From NCBI RefSeq assembly GCF_021440345.1, contig NZ_JAKCNS010000057.1:12094-36093 (forward strand): DNA of 24,000 nucleotides. Direction: 5' to 3'. Made by a program: the position numbers and the translations under genes. This DNA comes from Kluyvera intermedia (GTDB lineage: Bacteria > Pseudomonadota > Gammaproteobacteria > Enterobacterales > Enterobacteriaceae). Below, piece after piece: positions 1 to 9,671 of this stretch. Numbering within the stretch: position 1 is the first letter of the stretch; the number at the start of each line of letters is the position of its first letter. A model generated the notes under the pieces. The model ran no database searches, was not told where the DNA came from, and worked only from the letters and a program-made list of their open reading frames with translations.

Positions 1-696
1 ATCAGCCTGTTCAAAACGTCCCTGACGTACGGTGTTGGCGCCGGTAAAAGCCCCTTTCTCGTGGCCAAACAGCTCGGATTCAATCAGGTCTTTCGGGATG
101 GCCGCCATATTCAGCGCAATAAACGGTGCTTTGACGCGCGGGCTGTGGCGGTGCAGCGCGTGGGCGACGAGTTCTTTACCGGTACCGGATTCGCCGTTAA
201 TCAATACGCTGATTGAGGAACGAGAAAGGCGACCAATAATGCGGAACACGTCCTGCATCGCCGGCGCTTCACCAATAATATCGGTTGTCGGGTCGTTAAC
301 CTGAACATTGCGCGGCTGCTGCTGTTCCTGGTAGTGGCTAATGGCGCGTTCAACCAGCGCGACCGCTTCGTCAATATCGAACGGTTTTGGTAGGTAATCA
401 AACGCCCCTTGCTGGTAGGCGCTAACGGCGGCATCCAGGTCGGAGTGCGCCGTCATTATGATGACCGGAAGCATCGGGTGGCGCTGTTTGATTTGGGTTA
501 ACAGCGCCAGGCCGTCCATACCGGGCATACGAATATCAGACATCAGCACGTCAGGTGTTTTGGTCGCCAGTGCGTCCAGAACCTCTTTCCCGCCTTCAAA
601 CGTGGTACAGGTCAGCCCCGCGCCGGTGAGTGCGCGTTCAAGCACCCAACGGATGGAGCTATCGTCATCTACGACCCAGACTATCCCTCGTTGCAT
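1..696 (-). CDS. glnG: Nitrogen regulation protein NR(I)/NtrC, a sigma54-dependent response regulator. Only the first 232 codons are present; the 3' end runs off the window.
   Basis: It is absent from the ORF track because no stop codon lies in the window. The minus-strand frame from the ATG (696-694) reads MQRGIVWVVDDDSSIRWVLERALTGAGLTCTT..., a receiver domain. Further on it contains LINGESGTGKELV (Walker A of the AAA+ domain), and the codons at the window edge read RQGRFEQAD. The start lies 10 nt downstream of the glnL stop, the classic glnALG arrangement. Confidence 0.96.
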   Translation of the reverse strand, partial: MQRGIVWVVDDDSSIRWVLERALTGAGLTCTTFEGGKEVLDALATKTPDVLMSDIRMPGMDGLALLTQIKQRHPMLPVIIMTAHSDLDAAVSAYQQGAFDYLPKPFDIDEAVALVERAISHYQEQQQPRNVQVNDPTTDIIGEAPAMQDVFRIIGRLSRSSISVLINGESGTGKELVAHALHRHSPRVKAPFIALNMAAIPKDLIESELFGHEKGAFTGANTVRQGRFEQAD

Positions 697-705
697 AAAC
701 ACACC

Positions 706-1755
706 TTATTTTTTAATTGGCAGGTAAACCGAGAACTCGGTATGGCCCGGCCAACTGGTAAATTCAATTTTGCCGGAGTGCTGATCGATAAGGCTGCGCG
801 CAATCGACAGACCCAGCCCGGTGCCGCCTTCACGACCGCTCACCATCGGGTAGAACAGGGTGTCCTGTAAATGCGATGGAATGCCGGGGCCGTTATCTTC
901 AACATCGATGCGGGCAGCCAGGCGATAGCGAACGCCGTGAAGCGTGAGCTGAAACGCAGTACGGGTGCGCAGGACGATTTCGCCGCCTTCCGGCCCTAAA
1001 GCCTGAAGGGCGTTACGCACAATATTCAGCAGAACTTGTTCTATTTGATCGGGATCGTGCGGAAGCTCCGGCAGGCTCGGGTCGTAATCACGGACCAGCT
1101 TGATGTTATCCGGGAGCTCCATTGAGACCAGCTTCACGACCCGCTCGGCCACTTTATGAATGCTCTCAGTTACATGTGTGCCGGGATGCTGTGGCCCAAG
1201 CAGACGGTCAACCAAATTACGCAGGCGGTCGGCCTGTTCGATAATGACGTTGGTGTATTCCGTTAATGCCGGATCAGGCAACGCTTTGCTCAGCAGCTGT
1301 GCCGCGCCGCGTAGGCCACCCAGCGGGTTTTTTATCTCATGCGCGAGGCCACGTACCAGATCGCGTGCCGCGATTTGCTGAGCGTGCTGGAGCTGCTCCT
1401 GGCTTAGGCGGCGTTGGTTATCCATCGGCGCCATTTCCAGCAGAATATAACCATCTGGCAGACGCTGGGCCGTGAGCGAGAGAATATGCGAACGGCTATC
1501 GATCACCAGCGTCACCTCGTTATCGGTAAACCCCTGACCGGTTTGCAGGCTCTCCCGCATCAAACCGATATTCAGCGAGAAATAGCTCAGGAGTTCGGGT
1601 AACGGTGTGCCAAAGAGCTTACGCGCGCTTTGGGCCAGCAGCTGCTGTGCTGCGGGATTCGCGTAGTGAACGGCCAGGTCGTCATCGACCAATAGGATGC
1701 TGTTAATTAACGAATTGAGGATCTGCCCAGCATCGGGCAGTGCGCCTGTTGCCAT
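706..1755 (-). CDS. glnL: Nitrogen regulation sensor histidine kinase NR(II)/NtrB
   Basis: A 349-aa ORF with an H-box ([12 protein letters not shown]) and an ATPase N/G-box region ([17 protein letters not shown]). ATG at 1755 is preceded by AGGAG. It sits between glnA and glnG. Confidence 0.97.
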   Translation of the reverse strand: MATGALPDAGQILNSLINSILLVDDDLAVHYANPAAQQLLAQSARKLFGTPLPELLSYFSLNIGLMRESLQTGQGFTDNEVTLVIDSRSHILSLTAQRLPDGYILLEMAPMDNQRRLSQEQLQHAQQIAARDLVRGLAHEIKNPLGGLRGAAQLLSKALPDPALTEYTNVIIEQADRLRNLVDRLLGPQHPGTHVTESIHKVAERVVKLVSMELPDNIKLVRDYDPSLPELPHDPDQIEQVLLNIVRNALQALGPEGGEIVLRTRTAFQLTLHGVRYRLAARIDVEDNGPGIPSHLQDTLFYPMVSGREGGTGLGLSIARSLIDQHSGKIEFTSWPGHTEFSVYLPIKK

Positions 1756-1777
1756 TTAGCAGTCTCCTGAAAAGGCT

Positions 1778-1794
1778 TGCACTGTTTTAGTGCA
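1778..1794. promoter_or_regulatory. NtrC (NR-I) binding palindrome at the glnL promoter (glnLp operator)
   Basis: TGCACTGTTTTAGTGCA matches the dyad NtrC consensus TGCACC-N5-GGTGCA in both half-sites. It lies 23 bp upstream of the glnL start in the glnA-glnL intergenic region. Confidence 0.7.
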
Positions 1795-1844
1795 GTATAG
1801 CTTTTTATTGCTAAAAAGCGCGAAAGATCAGTTTGTTGGTGGAG

Positions 1845-1868
1845 AAAAAAGCCCATCCTGAGATGGGC
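1845..1868 (-). terminator. Rho-independent terminator of glnA
   Basis: On the minus strand the sequence reads GCCCATC-TCAG-GATGGGC followed by TTTTTT. It lies about 95 nt downstream of the glnA stop. Confidence 0.85.
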
Positions 1869-1961
1869 TGAAAGTTTCCACGGCAACTCAATTCCAGGTG
1901 TTGCGCCAGAGCCTGTTGGCCATGGCGCGACGTCAACTGGACAGTACAACTCAAATTTCGA
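1845..1961 (-). ncRNA. glnZ: glnA 3'UTR, a candidate GlnZ-type 3'UTR-derived sRNA ending at the glnA terminator
   Basis: The call rests on position only: about 117 nt run from the glnA stop to the terminator U-run. In E. coli and Salmonella the glnA 3'UTR is processed into the sRNA GlnZ. The UTR contains the 8-mer UUGAGUUG twice. I cannot verify sequence homology or the processing site without a search. Confidence 0.4.
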
Positions 1962-3371
1962 TTAAACGCTGTAGTACAGTTCGAATTCAACCGGGTGCGG
2001 CGTCATGCGAACGCGGTCGTTTTCTTCAGTGCGCAGCGTGATGTAAGCGTCGATAGCTTCATCGGTGAATACGCCACCAGCCGTCAGGAACTCACGGTCT
2101 GCGTCCAGCGCATTCAGTGCTTCTTCCAGAGAGCCTGCAACCTGTGGGATCTCTTTCGCTTCTTCTGGCGGCAGGTCGTACAGGTTTTTGTCCATCGCTT
2201 CGCCTGGATGGATTTTGTTCTTGATACCGTCAAGACCAGCCATCAGCAGTGCTGCGAAGCACAGGTATGGGTTAGCCGCTGGATCCGGGAAGCGCACTTC
2301 AATACGGCGTGCTTTCGGAGAAGCAACCACTGGGATACGGATAGAAGCAGAACGGTTACGGGCAGAGTAAGCCAGCATAACAGGTGCTTCGTAGCCTGGG
2401 ACCAGACGCTTGTAGGAGTTGGTGGTTGGGTTCGCCAGGGCGTTGATCGCTTTAGCGTGTTTGATAACACCACCGATGTAGAACAGCGCTTGCTCAGACA
2501 GGCCTGCGTATTTGTCGCCGGAGAACAGGTTTACGCCGTTCTTGGACAGAGACATGTGGCAGTGCATACCGGAACCGTTATCGCCAAACATTGGTTTTGG
2601 CATGAAGGTCGCGGTTTTACCGAAGCGGTGAGCCACGTTGTGCACAACGTATTTGTAGATCTGAATTTCGTCCGCTTTTTTGGTCATGGTGTTAAAGCGG
2701 GTTGCGATTTCGTTCTGGCCAGCCGTTGCCACTTCGTGGTGGTGTGCTTCAACAACCAGACCCATCTCTTCCATGATCAGACACATGGTAGAACGGATGT
2801 CCTGGGAAGAATCGACCGGAGGAACCGGGAAGTAGCCGCCTTTCACGCCAGGACGGTGACCTTTGTTACCACCTTCGTATTTGGTGGAGGAGTTCCATGC
2901 GCCTTCGATATCATCGATAGCCACGTGGGAACCGGAGATGGATGCGCCGAAACGAATGTCATCAAACAGGAAGAATTCTGGCTCTGGCCCGAACAGAACG
3001 GTGTCCGCGATGCCGGTAGCGCGCAGGTATTCTTCAGCACGTTTTGCGATGGAGCGCGGGTCGCGGTCGTAGCCCTGCAGCGTACCTGGTTCCAGGATGT
3101 CGCAACGAATGATCAGGGTAGACTCTTCAAAGAACGGGTCAATAAGCGCAGTAGAAGCATCTGGCATCAGAACCATGTCTGATTCGTTAATGCCTTTCCA
3201 GCCGCCGATTGAGGAGCCGTCAAACATTTTGCCTTCTTCAAAGAATTCGGCATTCACCTGATGAGCAGGAATAGTGACGTGCTGTTCTTTACCTTTGGTA
3301 TCGGTGAAGCGCAAATCGACAAACTTCACTTCGTGCTCGTTCAGCATCGTCAAAACGTGTTCAGCGGACAT
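1962..3371 (-). CDS. glnA: Glutamine synthetase (type I)
   Basis: The product is near-identical to enterobacterial GlnA ([31 protein letters not shown]...YYSV) and carries the adenylylation-site context NLYDLPPEE. The ORF-track start at 3380 (MLSM...) is a 3-codon over-extension. The canonical start MSAEH at 3371 gives 469 aa. Confidence 0.98.
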   Translation of the reverse strand: MSAEHVLTMLNEHEVKFVDLRFTDTKGKEQHVTIPAHQVNAEFFEEGKMFDGSSIGGWKGINESDMVLMPDASTALIDPFFEESTLIIRCDILEPGTLQGYDRDPRSIAKRAEEYLRATGIADTVLFGPEPEFFLFDDIRFGASISGSHVAIDDIEGAWNSSTKYEGGNKGHRPGVKGGYFPVPPVDSSQDIRSTMCLIMEEMGLVVEAHHHEVATAGQNEIATRFNTMTKKADEIQIYKYVVHNVAHRFGKTATFMPKPMFGDNGSGMHCHMSLSKNGVNLFSGDKYAGLSEQALFYIGGVIKHAKAINALANPTTNSYKRLVPGYEAPVMLAYSARNRSASIRIPVVASPKARRIEVRFPDPAANPYLCFAALLMAGLDGIKNKIHPGEAMDKNLYDLPPEEAKEIPQVAGSLEEALNALDADREFLTAGGVFTDEAIDAYITLRTEENDRVRMTPHPVEFELYYSV

Positions 3372-3461
3372 ACTTAACATCTCCCGGATTTATCATTGTC
3401 GTCGTGGTAACGAGGTCTTCAATCACTGCTTAAAGTGGCGTTGTTGCCCTAAAAAATATAA

Positions 3462-3477
3462 AGCGAAATCTGTGCCA
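3462..3477 (-). promoter_or_regulatory. glnAp2 sigma54 (-24/-12) promoter
   Basis: The minus strand reads TGGCAC-AGATT-TCGCT, a GG-N10-GC sigma54 core as in E. coli glnAp2 (TTGGCACAGATTTCGCT). It lies about 90 nt upstream of the glnA ATG. Confidence 0.9.
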
Positions 3478-3508
3478 ACTTTTAAATTACCCCCAAAAGG
3501 CGTTATCA

Positions 3509-3599
3509 TGCGCACCATAGTGCAAAAGGGCTGCACCACGATAGCTTGTTTGCACCATTATAGTGCTTATCTGTGATTGTTGAGCACCATATTGGTGCA
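3509..3599. promoter_or_regulatory. NtrC enhancer cluster upstream of glnAp2, also overlapping the region of sigma70 glnAp1
   Basis: There are two strong dyads, AGCACCATATTGGTGCA (3583-3599) and TGCACCATTATAGTGCT (3551-3567). Weaker sites follow: TGCACCACG (3532-3540) and TGCGCACCATAGTGCA (3509-3524). The layout matches the E. coli glnA upstream region. A TATAAT on the minus strand lies inside the 3551-3567 site. Confidence 0.85.
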
Positions 3600-3628
3600 A
3601 ATTGCGATTAGGTGCCCTTTTTATGCTC

Positions 3629-3644
3629 CGTGAAAGCGATCACA
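3629..3644. promoter_or_regulatory. CRP-like binding site in the glnA-typA divergent region
   Basis: CGTGA-AAGCGA-TCACA matches 9 of 10 core positions of TGTGA-N6-TCACA. It lies upstream of the NtrC sites relative to glnA, where a CRP site acting on glnAp1/p2 is known in E. coli. Confidence 0.45.
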
Positions 3645-3750
3645 AAGAAACTCTGCAATACTTGTTTGCGGAGGATCTCTGTGATCCTGTTTTGTAGTGC
3701 GATTAATCCGTGTACAATAACGCGCTATTTCTAATGCCCGAGGCAAAGTT

Positions 3751-5574
3751 GTGATCGAAAATTTGCGTAACATCGCCATCATCGCGCACGTTGACCATGG
3801 TAAGACTACCCTGGTTGATAAGCTGCTCCAGCAATCCGGTACGTTTGATGCGCGTGCTGAAACACAAGAGCGTGTGATGGACTCCAACGATTTGGAGAAA
3901 GAGCGTGGGATTACCATCCTCGCGAAAAACACCGCAATCAAATGGAATGATTACCGTATCAACATCGTTGATACCCCAGGGCACGCCGACTTCGGTGGTG
4001 AAGTTGAGCGCGTCATGTCCATGGTTGACTCCGTACTGCTGGTTGTTGATGCAATGGATGGCCCGATGCCGCAGACGCGCTTCGTGACCAAAAAAGCATT
4101 TGCCCACGGTCTGAAGCCTATTGTTGTTATCAACAAAGTTGACCGTCCAGGCGCACGTCCTGATTGGGTTGTTGACCAGGTATTCGACCTGTTCGTTAAC
4201 CTCGACGCGACCGACGAACAGCTGGACTTCCCTATCATTTATGCTTCCGCGCTGAATGGTATTGCGGGTGTCGATCACGAAGATATGGCGGAAGACATGA
4301 CCCCGCTGTATCAGGCGATCGTTGACCACGTACCGGCTCCAGACGTAGACCTGGATGGCCCGCTGCAGATGCAAATCTCCCAGCTGGACTACAACAACTA
4401 CGTTGGTGTTATCGGTATCGGCCGTATCAAACGCGGTAAAGTGAAGCCAAACCAGCAGATCACTATCATTGATAGCGAAGGCAAAACCCGTAACGGTAAA
4501 GTCGGGAAAGTTCTGACCCACCTGGGTCTGGAACGTATCGATAGCGACCTGGCGGAAGCTGGCGATATCATCGCGATCACCGGTCTGGGCGAACTGAACA
4601 TCTCCGACACCATCTGCGACCCGCAGAATGTTGAAGCGCTGCCAGCGCTGTCCGTAGATGAGCCAACCGTAACCATGTTCTTCAACGTAAACACCTCTCC
4701 ATTCTGTGGTAAAGAAGGTAAATACGTTACTTCTCGTCAGATTCTTGACCGTCTGAAGAAAGAACTGGTACACAACGTGGCACTGCGCGTTGAAGAAACC
4801 GAAGACGCCGATGCGTTCCGCGTTTCTGGCCGTGGTGAACTGCACCTGTCCGTTCTGATTGAAAACATGCGTCGTGAAGGTTTCGAAATGGCGGTTTCCC
4901 GTCCGAAAGTAATCTTCCGCGAAATCGATGGCCGTAAACAAGAGCCATTCGAAAACGTAACGCTGGACGTCGAAGAGCAGCACCAGGGTTCTGTGATGCA
5001 GGCACTGGGTGAGCGTAAAGGCGACCTGAAAAACATGAATCCAGACGGAAAAGGCCGCGTACGTCTCGACTACGTGATTCCTAGCCGTGGTCTGATCGGC
5101 TTCCGTTCAGAATTCATGACCATGACCTCCGGTACCGGTCTGCTGTACTCCACCTTCAGCCACTACGACGACGTTCGTCCGGGTGAAGTGGGCCAGCGCC
5201 AGAACGGCGTTCTGATCTCCAATGGCCAGGGTAAAGCAGTTGCGTTCGCACTGTTCAGCCTGCAGGACCGCGGTAAGCTGTTCCTGGGTCACGGTGCAGA
5301 AGTTTATGAAGGCCAGATCATCGGTATTCACAGCCGTTCTAACGACCTGACGGTAAACTGCCTGACCGGTAAGAAACTGACCAACATGCGTGCTTCCGGT
5401 ACTGACGAAGCAACCACGCTGGTCCCAGCTCAGAAAATGACTCTGGAGCAAGCTCTGGAATTCATCGATGACGACGAACTGGTAGAAGTTACACCAACTT
5501 CTATCCGTATCCGTAAACGTCACCTGACTGAAAACGATCGCAAACGTGCGAACCGTGGTCCTAAAGAAGATTAA
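3751..5574 (+). CDS. typA: Ribosome-associated translational GTPase TypA/BipA
   Basis: A 607-aa ORF reading [26 protein letters not shown]... with G1 (AHVDHGKT), G3 (DTPGH) and G4 (NKVD) motifs. The start is GTG at 3751, preceded by GAGG 8 nt upstream. Confidence 0.98.
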   Translation: MIENLRNIAIIAHVDHGKTTLVDKLLQQSGTFDARAETQERVMDSNDLEKERGITILAKNTAIKWNDYRINIVDTPGHADFGGEVERVMSMVDSVLLVVDAMDGPMPQTRFVTKKAFAHGLKPIVVINKVDRPGARPDWVVDQVFDLFVNLDATDEQLDFPIIYASALNGIAGVDHEDMAEDMTPLYQAIVDHVPAPDVDLDGPLQMQISQLDYNNYVGVIGIGRIKRGKVKPNQQITIIDSEGKTRNGKVGKVLTHLGLERIDSDLAEAGDIIAITGLGELNISDTICDPQNVEALPALSVDEPTVTMFFNVNTSPFCGKEGKYVTSRQILDRLKKELVHNVALRVEETEDADAFRVSGRGELHLSVLIENMRREGFEMAVSRPKVIFREIDGRKQEPFENVTLDVEEQHQGSVMQALGERKGDLKNMNPDGKGRVRLDYVIPSRGLIGFRSEFMTMTSGTGLLYSTFSHYDDVRPGEVGQRQNGVLISNGQGKAVAFALFSLQDRGKLFLGHGAEVYEGQIIGIHSRSNDLTVNCLTGKKLTNMRASGTDEATTLVPAQKMTLEQALEFIDDDELVEVTPTSIRIRKRHLTENDRKRANRGPKED

Positions 5575-5599
5575 TTTCTCTCTTTAGCGGATACAAAAA

Positions 5600-5626
5600 C
5601 CTGCCAGCGATGGCAGGTTTTTTTTT
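5600..5626 (+). terminator. Rho-independent terminator of typA
   Basis: CCTGCCA-GCGA-TGGCAGG is followed by nine T residues, 26 nt after the typA stop. Confidence 0.9.
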
Positions 5627-5832
5627 GCCAGTGGTAGCTGTTTGTGAATTCAGATGGTGGGCCTGATACTGACAAAAAGAGCGGGTTGTGGCTAATATCG
5701 GATTGTCGCTAACCAGCCCGGCACAAAATGTGCGACCCTCATACGCCCCCAGAAACTTATCCCTGCTGCCCCATAGTCAAACTCCACCTTTCCCGCTACA
5801 GTGAAATTTCCACGGCGTGAACGGAGGCAAAA

Positions 5833-6432
5833 ATGCTCTATATCTTTGATTTAGGTAATGTGATTGTCGACATTGATTTCAACCGTGTTCTGGGAACGTG
5901 GAGCGATCTTGCTCGCGTACCGCTGGCCCGGTTAAAGCAGAGTTTTACCATGGGCGACGTGTTTCATCAGCATGAGCGTGGTGAGATATCTGACGAAGAA
6001 TTTGCAAAAGCCATGTGCCATGACATGGACCTCCCGCTCAGCTACGAACAGTTTGCCCACGGCTGGCAGGCGATATTTGTCGCCCTGCGTCCCGAAGTTA
6101 TCGACATCATGAACAATCTGCGCGAGCAGGGGCATCGTGTTGTTGTTCTCTCCAATACTAACGCGCTGCACACCACCTTCTGGCCGGGTGAATATCCGCA
6201 AATCTACGCTGCCGCCGATCGCGTTTACCTCTCTCAGGAGATGGGAATGCGTAAACCGGAAGCCAGGATTTACCAGCGTGTGCTTGAGTCTGAAGGTTTT
6301 TCTGCCGCCGATGCGGTCTTTTTTGACGATAACGCCGATAATATAGAAGGGGCTAACCAGTTGGGGATCACCAGTGTCCTGGTGACCGGGAGAGAAACCC
6401 TACCCGACTATTTTATGAAGTCGTTATGTTAA
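5833..6432 (+). CDS. yihX: HAD-family alpha-D-glucose-1-phosphate phosphatase YihX
   Basis: A 199-aa ORF. The N-terminus [15 protein letters not shown] contains the HAD motif I (DxG/DxD-like), and a later FFDDNADN motif is present. A GGAGG Shine-Dalgarno precedes the ATG. The yihX-yihY-dtd synteny is conserved. Confidence 0.93.
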   Translation: MLYIFDLGNVIVDIDFNRVLGTWSDLARVPLARLKQSFTMGDVFHQHERGEISDEEFAKAMCHDMDLPLSYEQFAHGWQAIFVALRPEVIDIMNNLREQGHRVVVLSNTNALHTTFWPGEYPQIYAAADRVYLSQEMGMRKPEARIYQRVLESEGFSAADAVFFDDNADNIEGANQLGITSVLVTGRETLPDYFMKSLC

Positions 6433-7286
6433 AAACCGTTCATCAAAAATGTATTCATCATACCCGGCCGCTGGTGGCGTGGAGTAAATTCCTCTGGCGG
6501 CGCATTGAAGAAGATAATATGACGACACTTGCCGGAAATCTGGCCTATGTGTCGTTGCTGTCCCTTGTGCCGCTGGTGGCGGTGATTTTCGCGTTATTTG
6601 CGGCATTCCCGATGTTTTCGGAAGTCAGCCTGCAAATCCGTCACTTCGTTTTTGCTAATTTTCTCCCGGCGACCGGGGATGTTATTCAGCGCTATATCGA
6701 GCAGTTTGTTGCCAACTCCAACAGAATGACCGCGTTTGGTGCCTGCGGTTTGATTATTACCGCACTGCTGCTGATGTACTCCATCGACAGTGCGTTAAAC
6801 ACCATCTGGCGGAGTAAACGTGCGCGGCCGAAGATTTACTCGTTCGCGGTTTATTGGATGATCCTGACCCTCGGACCACTGTTGGCCGGGGTTAGCCTGG
6901 CCATCAGTTCCTATTTGCTTTCATTACGCTGGGCCAGTGAGTTGCATGGCGTTATCGATAATGTATTGCGCGTCTTTCCGCTCCTGCTGTCGTGGCTGTC
7001 GTTCTGGCTGCTGTACAGCATTGTGCCGACCACGCAGGTGCCAAATCGCGATGCGGTGATTGGCGCATTGGTTGCCGCACTGCTGCACGAATTAGGCAAA
7101 AAGGTGTTCTCCCTCTATATCACCGCTTTTCCTTCCTACCAGCTGATTTATGGTGTGCTGGCAGTGATCCCCATTTTGTTTGTCTGGGTCTACTGGACGT
7201 GGTGTATCGTCTTGCTTGGCGCAGAAATAACTGTCACTCTCGGTGAATACCGAAAATTGAAAACAGAACAACAAGAAGCAGAGTAA
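6426..7286 (+). CDS. yihY: YihY/BrkB-family inner membrane protein (formerly annotated rbn)
   Basis: A 286-aa multi-pass hydrophobic ORF reading MLKTV...[24 protein letters not shown]..., closely matching E. coli YihY. It overlaps the yihX stop by 7 nt. Confidence 0.93.
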   Translation: MLKTVHQKCIHHTRPLVAWSKFLWRRIEEDNMTTLAGNLAYVSLLSLVPLVAVIFALFAAFPMFSEVSLQIRHFVFANFLPATGDVIQRYIEQFVANSNRMTAFGACGLIITALLLMYSIDSALNTIWRSKRARPKIYSFAVYWMILTLGPLLAGVSLAISSYLLSLRWASELHGVIDNVLRVFPLLLSWLSFWLLYSIVPTTQVPNRDAVIGALVAALLHELGKKVFSLYITAFPSYQLIYGVLAVIPILFVWVYWTWCIVLLGAEITVTLGEYRKLKTEQQEAE

Positions 7287-7288
7287 CC

Positions 7289-7726
7289 ATGATTGCATTA
7301 ATTCAGCGCGTAACCCGTGCCAGCGTCAGCGTGGCGGATGAGGTTACAGGGGAAATCGGCCTTGGGCTGCTGGTGCTGCTGGGCGTAGAGAGAGACGACG
7401 ACGAACAAAAGGCCAACCGCCTCTGCGAGCGCGTGTTGGGATACCGAATCTTCAGCGATGCTGACGGCAAAATGAACCTCAACGTGAAGCAGGCGGGAGG
7501 CAGCGTGCTGGTGGTGTCGCAGTTTACGCTGGCAGCCGATACCGAACGCGGTATGCGCCCGGGTTTCTCGAAGGGTGCCGCGCCCGACCGCGCTGAAGCG
7601 CTATATGAATATTTTGTTGAGCGTTGCCGCCAACAGGAAATGAACACCCAAACAGGACGATTTGCTGCGGATATGCAGGTGTCGCTGGTCAACGATGGCC
7701 CGGTCACGTTCTGGTTGCAGGTATGA
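7289..7726 (+). CDS. dtd: D-aminoacyl-tRNA deacylase
   Basis: A 145-aa ORF reading [13 protein letters not shown]...[15 protein letters not shown]...[11 protein letters not shown], near-identical to E. coli Dtd. It begins 2 nt after the yihY stop. Confidence 0.97.
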   Translation: MIALIQRVTRASVSVADEVTGEIGLGLLVLLGVERDDDEQKANRLCERVLGYRIFSDADGKMNLNVKQAGGSVLVVSQFTLAADTERGMRPGFSKGAAPDRAEALYEYFVERCRQQEMNTQTGRFAADMQVSLVNDGPVTFWLQV

Positions 7727-8712
7727 GCCCACTTCCCGGTAGAACGCGGGGGACAAAAGAGAGTGCCATTATGTACCATCTCCGAGTACCGCAAACGGCA
7801 GAAGAGTTAGATCAGTATTACCAGTTCCGCTGGGAAATGCTGCGTAAACCCTTACATCAACCCAAAGGTTCCGAGCGTGATGCCTGGGACGCGATGGCGC
7901 ATCACCAGATGGTGGTGGACGAAGAAGGAAGGCTGGTGGCCGTCGGGCGGCTATACATTAACGCCGACAGCGAAGCCTCTATCCGCTTTATGGCGGTGCA
8001 CCCTGATGTACAGGATAAAGGCCTGGGGACGCTGATTGCGATGACCCTGGAGTCTGTTGCCCGTCAGGAAGGGGTTAAGCGTGTGACCTGTAGCGCCCGT
8101 GAAGACGCGGTACCGTTTTTTGCCAAGCTCGGCTTTGTGAATCAGGGTGAAATTACCACCCCGCAAACAACACCGGTCCGCCACTTTCTGATGATTAAAC
8201 CGGTCGCCTCGTTGGATGATATCCTGCATCGCGGGGACTGGTGCGCACAGCTACAGCAGGCCTGGTACGATCATATTCCGCTGAGCGAAAAGATGGGCGT
8301 GCGTATCCAGCAGTATACCGGGCAAAAATTTATTACCACCATGCCGGAAACCGGCAACCAGAATCCGCACCATACGCTGTTCGCCGGCAGCCTGTTTTCC
8401 CTGGCCACGCTGACCGGCTGGGGGCTGATTTGGCTAATGCTACGCGAGCGCCATCTTGGCGGTACCATTATTCTTGCCGATGCACATATTCGCTATAGCC
8501 GGCCAATCACCGGCAGGCCCACGGCCATTGCCGATCTGGGGTCGTTAAGCGGCGATCTGGATCGTCTGGCAAGAGGCCGTAAAGCGCGCGTCCAGATGCA
8601 GGTTGAGCTGTTTGGCGACGATTCACCGGGCGTGATATTCGAAGGCACTTATATTGTATTGCCCGCTAAACCCTTTGGCGCCTACGAAGAGGGCGGTAAC
8701 GAGGAAGAGTAA
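7723..8712 (+). CDS. yiiD: GNAT acetyltransferase / hotdog thioesterase-fold fusion protein YiiD (FabY)
   Basis: A 329-aa protein if started at ATG 7723 ([25 protein letters not shown]...). This matches the E. coli YiiD N-terminus, and the ATG overlaps the dtd stop as ATGA. The ORF-track start at 7624 is an over-extension into dtd. The C-terminus ...YEEGGNEEE is conserved. Confidence 0.93.
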   Translation: MSPLPGRTRGTKESAIMYHLRVPQTAEELDQYYQFRWEMLRKPLHQPKGSERDAWDAMAHHQMVVDEEGRLVAVGRLYINADSEASIRFMAVHPDVQDKGLGTLIAMTLESVARQEGVKRVTCSAREDAVPFFAKLGFVNQGEITTPQTTPVRHFLMIKPVASLDDILHRGDWCAQLQQAWYDHIPLSEKMGVRIQQYTGQKFITTMPETGNQNPHHTLFAGSLFSLATLTGWGLIWLMLRERHLGGTIILADAHIRYSRPITGRPTAIADLGSLSGDLDRLARGRKARVQMQVELFGDDSPGVIFEGTYIVLPAKPFGAYEEGGNEEE

Positions 8713-8732
8713 AGCAAGACTCTACTCTTCCT
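8702..8732. other. 10-bp perfect inverted repeat (hairpin) between the convergent yiiD and esterase genes
   Basis: AGGAAGAGTA (8702-8711) pairs with TACTCTTCCT (8723-8732) across an 11-nt loop. The left arm covers the last yiiD codons and stop. There is no U-run on either strand, so terminator function is uncertain. Confidence 0.35.
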
Positions 8733-8739
8733 GACGTTA

Positions 8740-9663
8740 TCAGACACCGAGCCTGGCGCTTCGCCAGGCTGCGTCCCGCATCGCATCCCGAGCCGCCTGG
8801 CTTATACCCCCGAGCTGGAAAAATCCGTGGATCACCCCGAGGTATCGCTGGCTGGTGCAGGATACGCCTTGCTCCGTCAGCCGTTGATACAGCGCTTCAC
8901 CTTCGTCACGCAGCGGGTCATATTCCGCGGTGATGATATGCACCGGCGGTAAACTGCTGAAATCATCCCGCCAGAGCGGGCTGGCTTCAGGATGCTGCGT
9001 GTCGGTGCCGGAAAGATACAGTTCATAACCAGAAAGCAGCGTATCTCGCGTAATGATGTAGTCTTCGCCGTTACTGACGTAGCTCGCGCAACGCGCAGTG
9101 GCATCGAGCATAGGGTAAATCAGCAGCAATTGTGCCGGAGACCATTGCCCTGCGGCTTTCAGTCGTAAAGCAGTAATGAGCGCCAGATGCCCGCCCGCGC
9201 TATCCCCAGCAAGGGTGATTTTGTCAGCCATAACGCCAAGCCGTTGGGCATATTGATGGATGAGATTGGCTCCTCGCTCCGCATCGTCATGAGCAGCAGG
9301 GAAAATATGTTCGGGGGCGAGACGATACTGTACGGCGATAACCCGACAGCCGCTGTAAAAGGCCAGCTGCCGCAGCTGATTATCGTGGGTGGCAAAGCCG
9401 CCGCTAATAAAGCAGCCGCCATGATAGTAAATCACGCAGGGGAGTGAGTGCGTCGAATTGAGCGGCGATATTACGCGAAACGTCATCCCTTCCAGTACGA
9501 TATCCTCTGAACTCACCCGTATCTCTTTCTCACCGGCCAGCGAAGTACTGGCGATGTAGCCAGCTCGCCGGTCATCAATATTCTGCTGTCGAGAAGAGGG
9601 GCGGCCTGCCGCAATAAACTCAGCAACCAGCCCCGCAATGCCATTTTCCAGTGCCACCACCAT
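8740..9663 (-). CDS. Alpha/beta-hydrolase, hormone-sensitive-lipase family (family IV) esterase, Aes-like
   Basis: A 307-aa ORF. It has the oxyanion-hole block YYHGGCFISGG (HGGC instead of the usual HGGG), the nucleophile elbow GDSAGG, and acid and histidine candidates in EYDPLRDEG and GVIHGF. The AAGGAG Shine-Dalgarno abuts ATG 9663 with zero spacing, so the in-frame GTG at 9657 (6-nt spacing) may be the real start. Confidence 0.88.
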   Translation of the reverse strand: MVVALENGIAGLVAEFIAAGRPSSRQQNIDDRRAGYIASTSLAGEKEIRVSSEDIVLEGMTFRVISPLNSTHSLPCVIYYHGGCFISGGFATHDNQLRQLAFYSGCRVIAVQYRLAPEHIFPAAHDDAERGANLIHQYAQRLGVMADKITLAGDSAGGHLALITALRLKAAGQWSPAQLLLIYPMLDATARCASYVSNGEDYIITRDTLLSGYELYLSGTDTQHPEASPLWRDDFSSLPPVHIITAEYDPLRDEGEALYQRLTEQGVSCTSQRYLGVIHGFFQLGGISQAARDAMRDAAWRSARLGV

Positions 9664-9671
9664 CTCCTTTT

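Noticed and set aside
1995-3182. A 395-aa ORF on the plus strand antisense to glnA, plus the smaller ORFs 2065-2370, 2243-2473, 2843-3040 and 2863-3072.
   Set aside because: It is a shadow ORF inside the highly conserved glnA gene. The product is low-complexity and rich in R, V and F, with no recognisable motifs and no Shine-Dalgarno or promoter context.
3672-3693. The hairpin AGGATC-TCTGT-GATCCT followed by GTTTTG upstream of typA, considered as a possible attenuator.
   Set aside because: The stem is short (6 bp) with a weak, interrupted U tract. I could not place a typA promoter upstream of it with any confidence, so the functional call is unsupported.
3703-4983. A 426-aa minus-strand ORF antisense to typA, plus the 138-aa ORF 5107-5523.
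   Set aside because: It is a shadow of the strongly codon-biased typA gene. It would also run through the typA promoter and start. It has no recognisable domain.
7624-7722. The ORF-track 5' extension of yiiD (start 7624), plus similar over-extensions of glnA (3380) and frvX (TTG 20287).
   Set aside because: The extensions overlap the upstream gene (dtd) or the gene's own Shine-Dalgarno. Internal starts at 7723, 3371 and 20281 reproduce the known N-termini and lengths (329, 469 and 356 aa).
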